Assembly (NCBI GenBank): GCA_964016885.1
Contig: OZ024766.1
Location: 21,886,001 to 21,950,000 of the forward strand
Direction of reading: 5' to 3'
Origin: Eledone cirrhosa
Lineage: Eukaryota
Length of the DNA stretch: 64,000 bases
The notes beneath the pieces are model-generated. The model saw nothing but the letters and a program-made list of their open reading frames with translations, did not search any database and was not told the origin of the DNA. Below, one piece after another: positions 1 through 19,535 of the stretch. A program made the position numbers and the translations under genes. The stretch's first letter is position 1, and each line of letters begins with the position of its first letter.

Positions 1-129
1 AAACTTGGAAATCACCACGTTGTACACGTATTTGCAACTTGAAAAATATGAATTCTACATTATACTCCAGCGTAAATGGAATTAATTATGGCAATATTTC
101 CATGGCTTCTACTACTACAGCAGATACCA

Positions 130-308
130 TTAATTGGTTGAAAAAACATGGACTTAATCCTGTCCATTGGCAGTATCGGCAGAGGGTCGGACACAATGGT
201 TTGACGCATAGAGTTACGTCCCTTTATGATCTGAGTTCAAATCCCGCCGAGGTTAACATTGTCTTTCATCCTTACTAGGTCGATAAAATAAAGTACCAGT
301 AATGTACT
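130..308 (+). mobile_element. tRNA-derived SINE fragment (B box plus conserved central domain)
   Basis: GAGTTCAAATCCC B box at ~232-244, then GAGGTTAAC..TTTCATCCTTA..GGTCGATAAAATAAAGTACCAGT; the same block recurs at 26686, 42880-43230, 45517-45650, 45875-45975 and 62275. Confidence 0.75.
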
Positions 309-560
309 AACAGCTGAACTAGATAAGAAATTCCAAACATGGAAGCATGGCCTAGAATCAAAAGGCCGTAAAGTTAACTTGTCTAATACTAAAGTTCTAG
401 TTTGTAGGAAGGAAAATAGGGCACGGGTGCCCTCTGGGAAATGGCCATGTTCAGTGTGTAGGAAAGGAGTAGGTAGAAATTCCATTTTATGTCCCAAATA
501 CAAACTATGGGTACATAACAGACGTACTGGGAACACAGGCAAGCTATCTAAGAACGTAGA
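305..560 (+). mobile_element. degenerate RTE LINE RT/Zn-finger fragment
   Basis: Translates to [36 protein letters not shown], homologous to the intact RTE ORF at 7280-7420. Confidence 0.85.
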
Positions 561-562
561 TT

Positions 563-745
563 GTACACAACCAGCTTGAGTTGCCAGTTCGTGGTCCATT
601 GCTGCTTTGTGTCCAGATCTATAGAGTTCAGGATCTGTCCTTTTTATCTCAAGGAACAGCTTGATGTCATCTGCATATTTAAGTTGCCATCTATGTCAAT
701 AATATGTGTGTAAACGGAATTCTCCTATAAATTACTTGGCAAAGA
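563..745 (-). mobile_element. CR1-like LINE reverse-transcriptase fragment
   Basis: Minus strand reads YADDIKLFLEIKRTD...QQW..NWQLKL; paralogous copy at ~9890-10200. Confidence 0.6.
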
Positions 746-855
746 TTTGAAACCGAATCTAAGAGTTCTGGCATCTGGGACCACCTATCGTTGCGAGTTT
801 CCCACCATTGTCCTGTCAAGAGACAACAATGGTAAACATACATGCCACTTGACCT

Positions 856-1335
856 GTAACCCCAGCTTCAAGATAGCTGAACCTCACATGGCTACTCATA
901 AATCAATCCCGTATACACATCCTTCTAGTTATAGGGTTAATATAAATACAAGTACAAAGGGAATCCAGCAGCCAAACCACGAAGCAGCAGTCCTTCAGAG
1001 AATAATGATGTGAAACATTCACGTTCTACAGACCTCTTGGGGTCTACAGACTTCTACTGACGTCTACGGACCTTTTACTCTATCTCTCTCACCGTCTCAG
1101 CCACAGTCTACGCCACCAGAAAAGAGAGACCGAAGCAGCAGTCGTTGAGAGGAATAACAAATACTAAGGATACACACACACTCAGTAGCTTTCATTATAC
1201 TGTTTACTTCTGTGTTTTATCTATTCTTTTGTCTTTCTGTTGAATCACTTCTCGTGTATCGTTGTATTGATACATACATACACGCTAGCTCGAAGTAGCT
1301 AGTCAGCAAATTGATGTAGTGATAATTCCTGTCAC
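856..1335. mobile_element. possible solo LTR
   Basis: TGTAAC...GTCACA termini, internal TATAAATA (~941) and short internal duplications; copy at ~10314-10790; no TSD visible. Confidence 0.35.
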
Positions 1336-1689
1336 AAATTTTTATTACTTGATATTCAATGTAGCAACAAGTTAATATTGTTATTGTAAAATAAACATTG
1401 TCAACATCACAATTCTGGCATTATTCTTTTTATCATTCATACACAAAAGAATACATTTATCCACTACATATGCAACAAACAAAAGGGGTCCAAATTTCTA
1501 CACACATACATTCACATATATATAGCGTATGTAAATTCTGAACGCTACAGATTTGTCAGCACAAGTCTTGGTTACAACTTCTACAAATAAAATGAAAGGA
1601 GAAGAATTTCTTAGTAAAACAGTTTTATTCAAAATATTAACAACATTGGTGGCACTATTTTGGGTGAGTGATATGGTTTTTATCTTGTC

Positions 1690-2150
1690 TGATTGTGTTG
1701 CATTAAGTAACCTTTACAAGAGAATGATTAACCACAGATATCACAGTGATATAGTTCCTCTCCTGTATATGTTAGTGTGTAGTGAAGCCACAATATTTAG
1801 AGAATGATTTACTGCAGACATCACAGTGATATGGTTCCTCTCCTGTAAATGTTAGTGCCAAATGAAGTGAGTTATTTCAGAAAATGATTTCCCACAGATA
1901 TCACAGTGATATGGTTTCTCTCCTGTATGTATATGTTTGTGTCTAGTTGAACAAGCTTTCATGGATAACAATTTATCACAAATATTACAGTGATGTGGCT
2001 TTTCTCCAGTATATAAATGTTTGTATGAAGTTAATGTAGGCGTGAAAGAGAATAGTACAGTGGCATGGCTTCTCATATGAATGTATGTGTTTAATTCACC
2101 ATTTTCAGACAATGAGATATGACATTGATATGGTTTCTCACCTCTATGTG
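1690..2150 (-). pseudogene. decayed C2H2 finger relics in the 3' UTR of ZNF paralog 1
   Basis: [17 protein letters not shown]-like units with stops, frameshifts and lost Cys/His downstream of the stop codon; equivalents at 11150-11810 and 19820-20185. Confidence 0.75.
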
Positions 2151-2160
2151 TCTAGTTAAA

Positions 2161-4140
2161 CTAATTGATACAGAGAATGATATCAGAGAGGTATGGCTTG
2201 TCTCCTGTATGGGTATATTTGTGTGTAGTTAAATTACTTGATGCAGAGAATAATTTACCACAGATATCACAGTGGTATGGCTTGTCTCCTGTATGGATAC
2301 GTAAGTGTTTAGTTAAGGTACCACTATCAGAGAATGATTTACCACAGATATCACAGTGGTATGGCTTGTCACCTGTATGTGTACGATTGTGTCTAGTTAA
2401 GTGACTACTTTCAGAGAATGATTTACCACAGATATCACAGTGGTATGGCTTGTCACCTGTATGTGTACGTTTGTGACTAGTTAAGGTACTACTATCAGAG
2501 AATGATTTACCACAGATATCACAGTGATATGGCTCGTCTCCTGTATGTGTACGTAAGTGTTTAGTTAAGGTACCATTTTCATAGAATGATTTACCACAGA
2601 TACCACAGTCATATCGTTTGTCCCCTGTATGTATACGTTTGTGAGAAGTTAAATGATATCTTCGAGAGAATGATTTACCACAGATATCGCAGTGGTATGG
2701 TTTTTCACCTGTATGTATACGTTTGTGGCTAGTTAAGGTACTACTATCAGAGAATGATTTACCACAGATATCACAGTGGTATGGCTTGTCTCCTGTATGT
2801 ATACGTTTGTGTCTAGTTAAGTGACTACCTTGAGAGAATGATTTACCACAGATATCGCAGTGGTATGGCATGTCTCCTGTATGTGTACGTTTGTGGGAAG
2901 TTAAGTGACCACTTTGAGAGAATGATTTACCACAGATGTCACAGTGGTATGGTTTGTCTGCTGTATGTGTACGTTTGTGTATAGTTAAATTACTACTTGT
3001 AAAGAATGATTTACCGCAGATATCACAGTGGTATGGCGTGTCTCCTGTATGTATACGTTTGTGAGAAGTTAATATACTACTATCAGAGAATGAGTCCCCA
3101 CAGATATCACAGCGGTATGGCTTCTCACCTGTATGGGTACGTTTGTGTCTAGTTAAGGTACTACAAACAGAGAATGATTTACCACAGATGTTGCAGTGGT
3201 ATGGCTTGTCTCCTGTATGTGTACGTTTGTGGCAAGTTAAGTGACTACTAATAGAGAATGATTTACCACAGATATTGCAGTGGTATGGTTTCTCACCTGT
3301 ATGTATTCGTTTGTGTATAGTTAAGTTACCACTTTCAGAGAATGATTTACCACAGATATCACAGTGGTATGGCTTGTCTCCTATATGTATACGTTTGTGT
3401 CTAGTTAAGCTATTACTAACAGAGAATGATTTACCACAGATATCACAGTGGTATGGCTTGTCTCCTATATATATACGTTTGTGTTTAGTTAAGTTACTAC
3501 TTGTAAAGAAAGATTTACCACAAATATCACACTGGTATGGCTTGTCTCCTGTATGTATACGTTTATGATTAGTTAAGTTACTACTTGTAAAGAATGATTT
3601 ACCACAAATATCGCAGTGGTATGGCTTGTCTCCTGTATGTGTAAGTTTGTGGCCAGTTAAGTGACTACTAACAGAGAATGATTTACCACAGATATTGCAG
3701 TGGTATGGTTTCTCACCTGTATGTATACGTTTGTGTTTAGGTAAGCTACTACTATCAGAGAATGATTTACCACAGATATCACAGTGGTATGGCTTGTCAC
3801 CTGTATGTGTAAGTTTGTGGCGAGTTAAGGTACTACTAACAGAGAATGATTTACCACAGATATCGCAGTGGTATGGTTTCTCACCTGTATGTATACGTTT
3901 GTGGCTAGTTAAGTGACTACTACCAGAGAATGATTTACCACAGATATCGCAGTGGTATGGCTTGTCTCCTGTATGTATACGTTTGTGTTTAGTTAAGCTA
4001 CTACTAACAGAGAATGATTTACCACAGATATCGCAGTGATATGGTTTCTCTCCTCTAAAATTTGACACCTCTTCTGGAATAGCCATATCTTTAGACAATG
4101 TTTCACATTTAATCTTCTTCTCACTCAATTTAGTTTCCAT
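2161..4140 (-). CDS. C2H2 zinc-finger protein paralog 1 (659 aa, about 22 fingers, single coding exon)
   Basis: Open ORF of CxxC-x12-HxxxH units with TGEKPY/TGDKPY linkers; acceptor TTTCTTATTTCAG ~380 nt upstream of the ATG (exon starts 4523); AATAAA at 1341-1346 on the minus strand. Confidence 0.93.
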   Translation of the reverse strand: METKLSEKKIKCETLSKDMAIPEEVSNFRGEKPYHCDICGKSFSVSSSLTKHKRIHTGDKPYHCDICGKSFSGSSHLTSHKRIHTGEKPYHCDICGKSFSVSSTLTRHKLTHTGDKPYHCDICGKSFSDSSSLPKHKRIHTGEKPYHCNICGKSFSVSSHLTGHKLTHTGDKPYHCDICGKSFFTSSNLTNHKRIHTGDKPYQCDICGKSFFTSSNLTKHKRIYIGDKPYHCDICGKSFSVSNSLTRHKRIHIGDKPYHCDICGKSFSESGNLTIHKRIHTGEKPYHCNICGKSFSISSHLTCHKRTHTGDKPYHCNICGKSFSVCSTLTRHKRTHTGEKPYRCDICGDSFSDSSILTSHKRIHTGDTPYHCDICGKSFFTSSNLTIHKRTHTADKPYHCDICGKSFSQSGHLTSHKRTHTGDMPYHCDICGKSFSQGSHLTRHKRIHTGDKPYHCDICGKSFSDSSTLTSHKRIHTGEKPYHCDICGKSFSRRYHLTSHKRIHTGDKRYDCGICGKSFYENGTLTKHLRTHTGDEPYHCDICGKSFSDSSTLTSHKRTHTGDKPYHCDICGKSFSESSHLTRHNRTHTGDKPYHCDICGKSFSDSGTLTKHLRIHTGDKPYHCDICGKLFSASSNLTTHKYTHTGDKPYLSDIILCIN

Positions 4141-5327
4141 GTTTCTTCTTCCCTTGGCAGAATTTACAGATGTTATTCTTGTCTTATTTTATATATTATA
4201 TTCCTGAAGATATTTCTTCTGCTATATTTCCAGCAACTGATCTGTCAAGATCTGTAGATGATGCAAACTGCTTTCTGATTCAAATTTAGTTAAGATTCAA
4301 AATCATCTTGTAAATATTTCAGAGGCTGATGAAACAATACTTTTCCAAGAATTTTTCCAAGACACACAGTTCCGAGGAAATATTTCACAGTAATACTGCC
4401 ATAGATTTATATAAACAGTGTTATATGAGTTCCGTTTGAAAAGCTTTAGTCTTGAAATGATGATAAATAGAGGGGATGTATTCAAGATTAAAAAATAATT
4501 TTATCCCAATGTCATCTGATATTCTGAAATAAGAAAGAAATAGTATGAGATAATAGAGAATTCTTTAGAAACAGAGATAGATTTAACATTGGAAATTTTA
4601 TATTTCTATGTTGATAAACTGTAGATATCAACTTTCCTGTCCAGAGTTATTCTCTCCAATGTAAGCAGTGATATTCCACGATGCTCTATAAACTATATTC
4701 TTCTAACTCTTGGGAGGTCTGCTCTATAGCCTTTACTCAAGAACTTCATTCTTATATGACATTCTAACATGGTAATTGTCTGAGACCTGAGATGTGTAAC
4801 TTGACAGTTCCTTGAGTAACAGTTCTTTCTACCTGGAAGGGGAAAAGTGTTGTGTAATTGCTTGGTAACAGTCAAAGGATTCTCACACATGGCTACCCTA
4901 GGCACCCCAATAACATGACTTGTGTTAGGCTTGTAGACACAATTAGTGGGAATTTTTATTCGTAGGGCTTTCCATAATTTTAGCGCTATTTTATTTCTTT
5001 TGTTTGGTTGCCTTTCCACTCATCAACCACTTTACAGCAAGGACTGGGTGTATAGTTTTTGGCACTAGAGAGGTTATTTTAATGGTCTTAAGAGCTCATA
5101 TAGATACATATATATATATATACATATGTATAGATATTTATATACATATACATATATATAGATATTTATATATATATACATATAAATTTCACCAGAGATA
5201 GAAAACCAGAATTAGTCATTTAGTTTACATAATGAGACCCCAACCCATCCTATTTATTTTAAATGGGTGGAGTGAATTAAGAGTGGGGTGGTGGTGTAAA
5301 AAATCTGAAAATTAAATGAGGGTGGGG

Positions 5328-5712
5328 GAAAATTATTTGAGACCAAAGTGAGGGTGGGGGACAATTATTTGAGACGAAAGTGAGGGTGGGGGACAATTAT
5401 TTGAGACGAAAGTGAGGGTGGGGGAAAATTATTTGAGACGAAAGTGAGGGTGGGGGACAATTATTTCAGACCAAAGTAAGGGTGGGGGACAATTATTTCA
5501 GACCAAAAATAAGGGTGGGGGACAATTATTTGAGTTACACACACATCTGAGTTACATACACATCTACTGAGTTACACACATACATCTACTGAGTTATACA
5601 CACATCTACTGAGTTACACACACATCTACTGAGTTACACACACAACTACTGAGTTACACACACATCTACTGAGTTACACACACAACTACTGAGTTATACA
5701 CACATCTACTCA
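5328..5712. repeat. G-rich 32-bp VNTR followed by a ~20-bp CTGAGTTACACACACATCTA VNTR
   Basis: Visible tandem units; the paralogous arrays at 14427-14933 have different copy numbers. Confidence 0.9.
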
Positions 5713-5990
5713 TACATATTTATAAATAGACACATTATACAAAATAATTATTATATACACTCACATCTATGAATGATTGAGGAAGAGCTGGTGAAACACT
5801 ATAGCAATATGTGTGTTGCACCCCTTTTTTGTTTTACCGGCTACATAGCCTGTCCGTACTCTTATATCAGATGTGTAGGTGTATTATCTTGTCTAGTATG
5901 TATAATGTATGTATGTATATATACAATATATATACACATATATATATGCAATATATATACACATATATATATGCATATATATATATATAT

Positions 5991-8437
5991 ACACTAAAAA
6001 ATAACTTACTAGAGGCGACGGATGAGGTTTGTGGCTGGAGTAAGACCTCAAGCAGGAGGAGAGTGACTTGGTGGTGGAACAATAAGGTAGATGAAGCAGT
6101 CAAGGCCAAGAGACAGGCATGGAAAGAATGGAAGAACGGGGGGAGCAGGGTACATTACATAGAGACCAAGAGGGAAGCTAGGCGACAAGTATACTTAGCT
6201 AGGAGGGAAGCAGAGGATAGAAAATTCAAGCATGTTTTACAACGTGAGGACCAGAAACAGGAGGTATTCAAGATTGCGAGGCAGTGTGTCAGAGATAGTT
6301 GTGATGTCATTGGAGAGAAGTGTATCCGGAATGATAAAGGTGAGCTTGCCCTCACAAGTGCTGAGAAGAAAGATGCATGGAAGAGTCATTATGATAGATT
6401 ACTAAATGAGGAGAATGCATGGGAAGAAGAGACCCTACCCCACGTAGACCCTATAGAGGGACCAGCAGTACAAGTCAGCGGCAGCGTAGTAAGTAAGGCA
6501 ATCAGAGATATGAAGATAGGGAAGGCAACCGGTCCATCGGGTATAGCTGCCGAGATGCTGAAGGCATCTGGGTCTGTAGGTCACACTATAACCACACGTA
6601 TCGTTAACCAGGTAATACTAGAGGGGGCCATACCAAAAGATTGGTGCAGTAGCATCATTGTCAACTGCTACAAAGGTAAAGGCGATGCACTAGATAGAGG
6701 AAACTATAGAGGTATAAAGTTGATAGACCAGGTCATGAAAGTAACAGAAAGAGTTATAGCACAGCTGATTAGGGACCGGGTGAATATAGACGAGATGCAA
6801 TTTGGGTTTGTTCCAGGGAAAGGCACCACTGATGCGCTCTTCCTTGTGAGGCAATTACAGGAAAAGTACCTAGCTAAAAGTAAGCCACTCTACTTGGCAT
6901 TTGTCGACCTTGAGAAAGCCTTTGACAGAGTTCCACGTGCAGTAATCTGGTGGGCTCTTAGAAAACTAGGAGTAGATGAATGGCTTGTGAAAGCGGTACA
7001 AGCCATGTATAGGGGAGCAGTCAGCAAAGTTAGGATTGGCAATGAGTATAGCGAGGAATTTAGCGTACAGGTTGGGGTCCACCAGGGCTCTGTTCTTAGC
7101 CCTCTCCTGTTCATCATAGTCCTGCAGGCAATAACGGAGGAGTTTAAGACCGGATGCCCATGGGAACTCCTGTATGCTGATGACCTCGCACTCATAGCTG
7201 AATCTATGGTAGAACTAGAGAATAAATTCCAAACCTGGAAGCAGGGACTAGAGAGAAAGGGCCTCAAAGTCAACATGACAAAGACTAAGGTCCTTATAAG
7301 TAGACGAGAAAACAGAACCCAGATCCCCTCAGGGAAATGGCCTTGCTCAGTATGTAGGAAAGGTGTAGGTAGGAACTCCATTCTTTGCCCCAAATGCAAA
7401 CAATGGGTACACAAGAGATGTAGCGGGATCTCAGGAAGCTTAATTAAGAATGTAGGATTCACATGCAGCAGCTGTGCTGAAACAGCAAGCAAACAGCCAC
7501 AGGAAACAAGTACCACCAATCTCTGGGAGGGCCCTGTAGAAACAGTAGACAGCTTCTGCTACCTAGGTGACCGAATTAGCAACGGAGGTGGGTGCTCAGA
7601 AAGTACAATAACTAGGGTAAGAACGGGATGGAAGAAGTTTAGGGAACTACTACCACTGCTAGCTGCAAAAGGCTTCTCCCTCAGAATGAAAGGCAGACTG
7701 TATGATGCGTGTATCCGAACAGCGATGTTGCATGGTAGTGAGACCTGGGCGCTGAAGGTGGAAGACTTACGTAGATTAGAGAGAAACGAAGCCTGCATGC
7801 TCCGATGGATGTGTAACAGTAATATACGTGAACGACAAAGCATAAATGAATTGAGAGAGAGACTGAGCATAAGAGGAATCAAATGCTGCGTGCAGGAGAG
7901 GCGGTTACGCTGGTATGGACATGTGATGCGTATGAAGGATGACAGCTGCATAAAAAGGTGCAGAGCACTAGAAGTTGATGGAAACCGCGGAGTGGGGAGA
8001 CCCAAGATGACTTGGGATGAGGTGATAAAAGCCGACCTTACCCAACTACACCTCTCAAAGTCAATGACACACGACCGTGACTTCTGGCGTCACGCAGTAA
8101 TACAGGGTACCCGACCTCCCATGGGTACATGCTGAAGCATATAAACAATATGCCCCCCCCCCCACCGCAAGGTGGTCGTGGAGGTGCCACGGCAAAAAAG
8201 CACCCAGCCCACACTGTAAAGTGGACGTGTAGGCGCCACGAAAAAGCACCCAGCACTCACTGTAAATGAGGTTGGTGTTAGGAAGGGCATCCAGCTGTAG
8301 AAATCAAGCCAGATCAGTTCCTGTATGAGCAAGGCATGGTCAGCCGACCAGACACTGCCCACAACAGGACAACCCGTCTAACCCATGCTAGCGTGGAAGA
8401 ACGGACGTAAAACGGTGATGATGATGATGATGATGAT
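5991..8437 (+). mobile_element. 5'-truncated young RTE-clade LINE (intact RT plus C-terminus, 3' UTR and (TGA)n tail) inserted in a (TA)n tract
   Basis: Stop-free ORF to 8135 with QFGF, AFVDLEKAFDRV, GVHQGSVLSP, LYADD and RRLRWYGHV; the ORF track's N-terminal ~60 aa are flanking sequence and microsatellite; no endonuclease domain; tail GATGATGATG at 8417-8437. Confidence 0.95.
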
Positions 8438-8566
8438 ATATTTATATATATACTTTATATATATATATATATATATATACTTTATATATATATATATATA
8501 TACTTTATATATATAAAGTATATATATATATATATATATAAAGTATATATATATATATATACATAT

Positions 8567-8598
<32 letters not shown>

Positions 8599-8745
8599 CT
8601 TTATATATATATATATACTTTATATATATAAAGTATATAAATATTTAGACAGAAAATAGGGGAAAAATTAGTCAGAAATATTTTAAATATAAAACGGAAT
8701 AAATTAATGAAAGAAACGTAAAACAGATAAAAGTTGTTGAAATAC

Positions 8746-8842
8746 CTTGAAAATATAAAATATAGAAGAAAGAGGCAGGAATTGATTGAGTTTGAAGTAA
8801 ATTAATGAATGAACGAAAGTAGGTGGGGCAGGAACAGGAAGT
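8746..8842 (-). promoter_or_regulatory. candidate promoter and non-coding first exon of ZNF paralog 1
   Basis: ETS-type ACTTCCTG at 8842-8835, then donor CAAG|GTATTT at 8746/8745; same arrangement at 15334-15430 for paralog 2. Confidence 0.45.
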
Positions 8843-9479
8843 AAAGACAGTACAGTCTCGCAGTGAATGGTAAGGTTTAGAGTAAGAATTATTTTATTCC
8901 TGGTTGTATAAATAACATTACAAATTATACTGAGACGAATAATGTGCTGTATTAAATATATATATATATATAAATATATATATCACAGGGCCGAACAGCA
9001 AGTACAGTCTCGCAGTGAATGGTAAGGATTAGTGGAAGAATTATTTTATTCCTGGTTGTATAAATAACATTACAAATATCACAACTATCAAATAGATAAA
9101 AAAAATATATATTATATATATATATATACACACCAGGTCCGAAAAAGATATAGAGAAAGTACACGTTCGCAGTGAATATCTCCAGAATTATTTTATTCTT
9201 AGTTTTGTAAATAACATTACAAATTACACTTAGACGAAGAATGTGGTGTAGTAAACATATGTATATATATACACACAAATATATGTATATATATATATAC
9301 ACATAAATATGTATATATATATATATATAGAATTACCAATAAATAGTGAAGAATTTAGTTTAAAAGTCGGTGTTCATCAAGGCTCTGTCCTTAGCCCCCT
9401 CCTATTTATTATTGCCGTTCAGGCTAAAAGAGAGGAGTTTAAGACAGGCTGCCCATGGGAACTTCTATACGCAGATGAT

Positions 9480-15584
<6,105 letters not shown>

Positions 15585-15914
15585 TTTCTGTATTAATTAT
15601 GTGTATATGTATGTATGTATATATGTATGTATATATATATATATACACATATATGTGTGTATTCAGAAGATCCCGTTAAGGGTGAAAGCAGCGATTCTTT
15701 GCTTAAACTTTAATCTGCTATTTTAATAAATATATATATATATATACACCAGGTCTGAAAAAGATATAGAGAAAGTACAGCTTCGCAGTGAATATCTCAA
15801 GGAAAATGTTATTCCTGGTTGTATAAAAAACATTACGAATATCGCATAAATGATGAATGTGGTGTAGTAAATAAATATACACACACACATGTGTATATAT
15901 ATATATATATATAT

Positions 15915-17702
15915 CACCATCATCACCGTTTTACGTCCATTTTTCCACGCTAGCATGGGTTTAACGAATTGTCCTGCTGCGTGGAATGCTAGGTCAGGTG
16001 ACCATGTCTTGTTCATACAGTACTGGCAAGGTGCTTTTTGTTGTGACACCTACATGACCACTTTACAGTGTGGACTGGGTGCTGTTTGTTGTGACACCTA
16101 CATGACCACCTTACAGTGTGGACTGGGTGCTGTTTGTTGTGATATCCACATGACCACTTTACAGTGTGGACTGGAAGATTTTTGTTGTGACACCTACATG
16201 ACCACTTTACAGTGTGGACTGGGTGCTTTTTGTTGTGAAACCTACATGATCACTTTACGGTGTGGGCTGGGTGCTTTTTGTTGTGACACCTACATGACCA
16301 CTTTACAGTGTGGACTGGGTACTATTTTTTGTGACACCTACATGACCACTTTACAGTGTGGACTGGGTGCTGTTTGTTGTGACACCTACATGACCACTTT
16401 ACAGTGTGGACTGGGTGCTTTTTGTTGTGACACCTACATGACCACTTTACAGTGTGGACTGGGTGCTATTTGTTGTGACACCTACATGACCACTTTACAG
16501 TGTGGACTGGGTGCTATTTGTCGTGACACCTACATGACCACTTTACAGTGTGGACTGGGTGCTATTTGTCGTGACACCTACATGACCACTTTACAGTGTG
16601 GACTGGGTACTATTTGTTGTGACACCTACATGACCACTTTACAGTGTGGACTGGGTGCTATTTGTCGTGACACCTACATGACCACTTTACAGTGTGGACT
16701 GGGTGCTATTTGTCGTGACACCTACATGACCACTTTACAGTGTGGACTGGGTACTATTTGTTGTGACACCTACATGACCACTTTACAGTGTGGACTGGGT
16801 GCTATTTGTCGTGACACCTACATGACCACTTTACAGTGTGGACTGGGTGCTATTTGTCGTGACACCTACATGACCACTTTACAGTGTGGACTGGGTGCTA
16901 TTTGTCGTGACACCTACATGACCACTTTACAGTGTGGACTGGGTACTATTTGTTGTGACACCTACATGACCACTTTACAGTGTGGAGTGGGTACTATTTG
17001 TTGTGACACCTACATGACCACTTTACAGTGTGGAGTGGGTACTATTTGTTGTGACACCTACATGACCACTTTACAGTGTGGACTGGGTACTACTTTTTGT
17101 GACACCTACATGACCACTTTACAGTGTGGACTGGGTGCTTTTTGTTGTGACACCTACATGGCCACTTTACAGTGTGGACTGGGTACTTTTTGTTGTGACA
17201 CCTACATGACCACTTTACAGTGTGGACTGGGTACTATTTGTTGTGACACCTACATGACCACTTTACAGTGTGGACTGGGTACTATTTGTTGTGACACCTA
17301 CATGACCACTTTACAGTGTGGACTGGGTACTATTTGTTGTGACACCTACATGACCACTTTACAGTGTGGACTGGGTACTATTTGTTGTGACACCTACATG
17401 ACCACTTTACAGTGTGGACTGGGTACTATTTTTTGTGACACCTACATGACCACTTTACAGTGTGGACTGGGTGCTTTTTGTTGTGACACCTACATGGCCA
17501 CTTTACAGTGTGGACTGGGTGCTATTTGTTGTGACACCTACATGACCACTTTACAGTGTGGACTGGGTGCTATTTGTTGTGACACCTACATGACCACTTT
17601 ACAGTGTGGACTGGGTACTATTTGTTGTGACACCTACATGACCACTTTACAGTGTGGACTGGGTGCTTTTTGTCATGACACCTACTTGACCACTTTACAG
17701 TG
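15915..17702 (-). repeat. RTE/SINE 3' tail with an internal 48-bp tandem array (about 35 copies)
   Basis: Begins with the reverse RTE tail (CATCACCGTTTTACGTCC); unit GGGTGCT.TTTGTTGTGACACCTACATGACCACTTTACAGTGTGGACT. Confidence 0.9.
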
Positions 17703-17903
17703 TTGTTTTAAATTAGTATTTTTTCAACCTAGCTAGCTTGGTCATTTGCAATTGGAACACATCTATACTTGTATTGGTGTTCATCCCTCTCACATATTTA
17801 ATTATATATATATATATAATGTGTGTGTAGATATAAACGAATCGTCTGTCTACCTATAAATAGGAAGTTATATTTTTCAAATTACCTCCATCACATTGGT
17901 TTC

Positions 17904-18489
17904 ATCATCATCATCATTTCATTTTACATCCACTTTTCCCTGCTTGCAAGGGTGGGACGGGAACTGATTCTGGCTTCATTTCTACAGCTCGATGCCCTTC
18001 CTAACACAAACCTCATTTACAGTGAGTGGTGGGTGCTTTTTTACCGTGGCACCTCCACGACCACTATACAGTGAGGGCTGGGTGCTTTTTTGCCGTGGCA
18101 CCTCCACGACCACTTTACAGTGAGGGCTGGGTGCTTTTTTTGCTGTGGCACCTCCACGACCACTTTACAGTGAGGGCTGGGTGCTTTTTTGCTGTGGCAC
18201 CTCCACGACCACTTTACAGTGAGGGCTGGGTGCTTTTTTGCCGTGGCACCTCCACGACCACTTTACAGTGAGTGCTGCGTGCTTTTTTGCCGTGGCACCT
18301 CCACGAACACTTTGCAGTGGAATGATAGGGACCCCAGTCCCTATCATCTCATTTCTACAGCTGAGTAAACTGGAGCAATGTGAAATAAAGTGTCTTGCTC
18401 AAGGAAACAACACATCACCCGGTCTGAGAATTGAACTCACAACCTTTCGATTGCAAGGCCAATGCTCTAACCACTAAGCCATGTGCCTC
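17904..18489 (-). mobile_element. tRNA-headed CORE-type SINE with about 6 internal 49-bp repeats and an RTE-like tail
   Basis: Minus strand: A box TGGCTTAGTGG, B box GAGTTCAATTC, CORE-like CCTTGAGCAAGACACTT..CAGCTGTAGAAATGAG, repeats, then GTTAGGAAGGGCATC and a (TGA)n tail. Confidence 0.85.
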
Positions 18490-18914
18490 CATCAATATAT
18501 ATATATATAGAGATGCATGTTTGTGTGTGTGTATGTGGACATTGTAACGTCCCCAGACACACACAACACTACACTCAGTCAGTCACAGTAAGTCTTGTGT
18601 GAAAGAGAGAGAAAGAGACGTAAGGGACGTAAGGTTGAGGAAGGGGGAGAGTTAAACAGTGTGTAAAGAATAAATAAATAAAAGTTAAAGTTATCGAATG
18701 CTATCATTTCTCTCCTCCCCAACCACCCCGCAGTCTCTTTTTTTCTCTCTCTCTTTCTCTACAGAATAAAGAACAATCAAGAACGCATATTGTCGTCTGC
18801 TTTGGTTGAAATTTCTTTATGTATATTTCTAATAAGTTGTTGCCTCGTTTTGGAGGACTGAGTTGTGGGAGGGAGGGTTTAACATACTGTAGTAGTATCT
18901 CCTCTTCCCCCCTC

Positions 18915-19535
18915 TCTCACTTAGAAGTGGTTGATAGCTTTTGCAATCTAGGTAAGTTAATTAGCAGTGGAGAGGGCTGCTCTGCAAGATGAATAGCTAG
19001 AATAAGGGTAGGATGGAAAAAGTTTAGAGAGCTACTGCAACAGTTGACCACAAAAGGTTTCTCTCTCTGTAGTAAAGGACGACTGTATGACACATGTGGG
19101 TGATGTGCAATGATGCATGGTAACGGAACAAGGCTGTGACTGCAGAGGATATGTAGACTGGAGAGAAATGAAACAACCATGTTTTGTAGGATATGTTGTG
19201 TAAGTGTGAGAGAAAGGGAGAGTTTGGACGAGTTCAAGAAGAAGCTGGGTTTAAGAGTGATCTGAAGTGGTGTGTAAGAGAGAAGACTGTTTGTACAGAC
19301 ATGTGAAGAACATGGATAATGACCACTGGGTGAAGAAGTGCCAGGACATCCCAGTAGAAAGAAGACCAAGAAAGACCTGGACAGAGGCTGTGTGAACTGA
19401 CTTCAAATCACTGACTCTCACAGAGGAGATGACAAAGGAACACGACAAGTGGAAAGATGCCATGTTGAGAAGGACCTGTCCAACCAAGCAAGCATGGAAA
19501 GACGGAGATAAAAACAGTGATGATGTTGATGAAGA
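18915..19535 (+). mobile_element. old degenerate RTE LINE 3' fragment
   Basis: Remnants of RIRVGWKKFRELL, KGRLYD and RPRKTW with stops; tail GATGATGTTGATG. Confidence 0.75.

Noticed and set aside
2165-3916. Plus-strand ORFs antisense to the ZNF genes
   Set aside because: Typical shadow ORFs of the 84-bp finger repeat
4693-5019. 108-aa ORF conserved in both duplicated units (also 1553-1807 and its copies)
   Set aside because: Conservation is explained by the recent duplication; no recognisable domain; lies in predicted intron or UTR
15889-17736. 615-aa Cys-rich repeat ORF ([15 protein letters not shown])n
   Set aside because: A 48-bp unit divisible by 3 derived from a retroelement 3' UTR; it starts in a microsatellite and shows no gene structure
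18415-18489. Possible tRNA gene (A and B boxes)
   Set aside because: No complete cloverleaf is apparent and it is fused to a CORE domain in three copies; it is a SINE head
18543-18883. TGTAAC...TTAACA possible solo LTR
   Set aside because: No TSD and no second copy in the window; insufficient support
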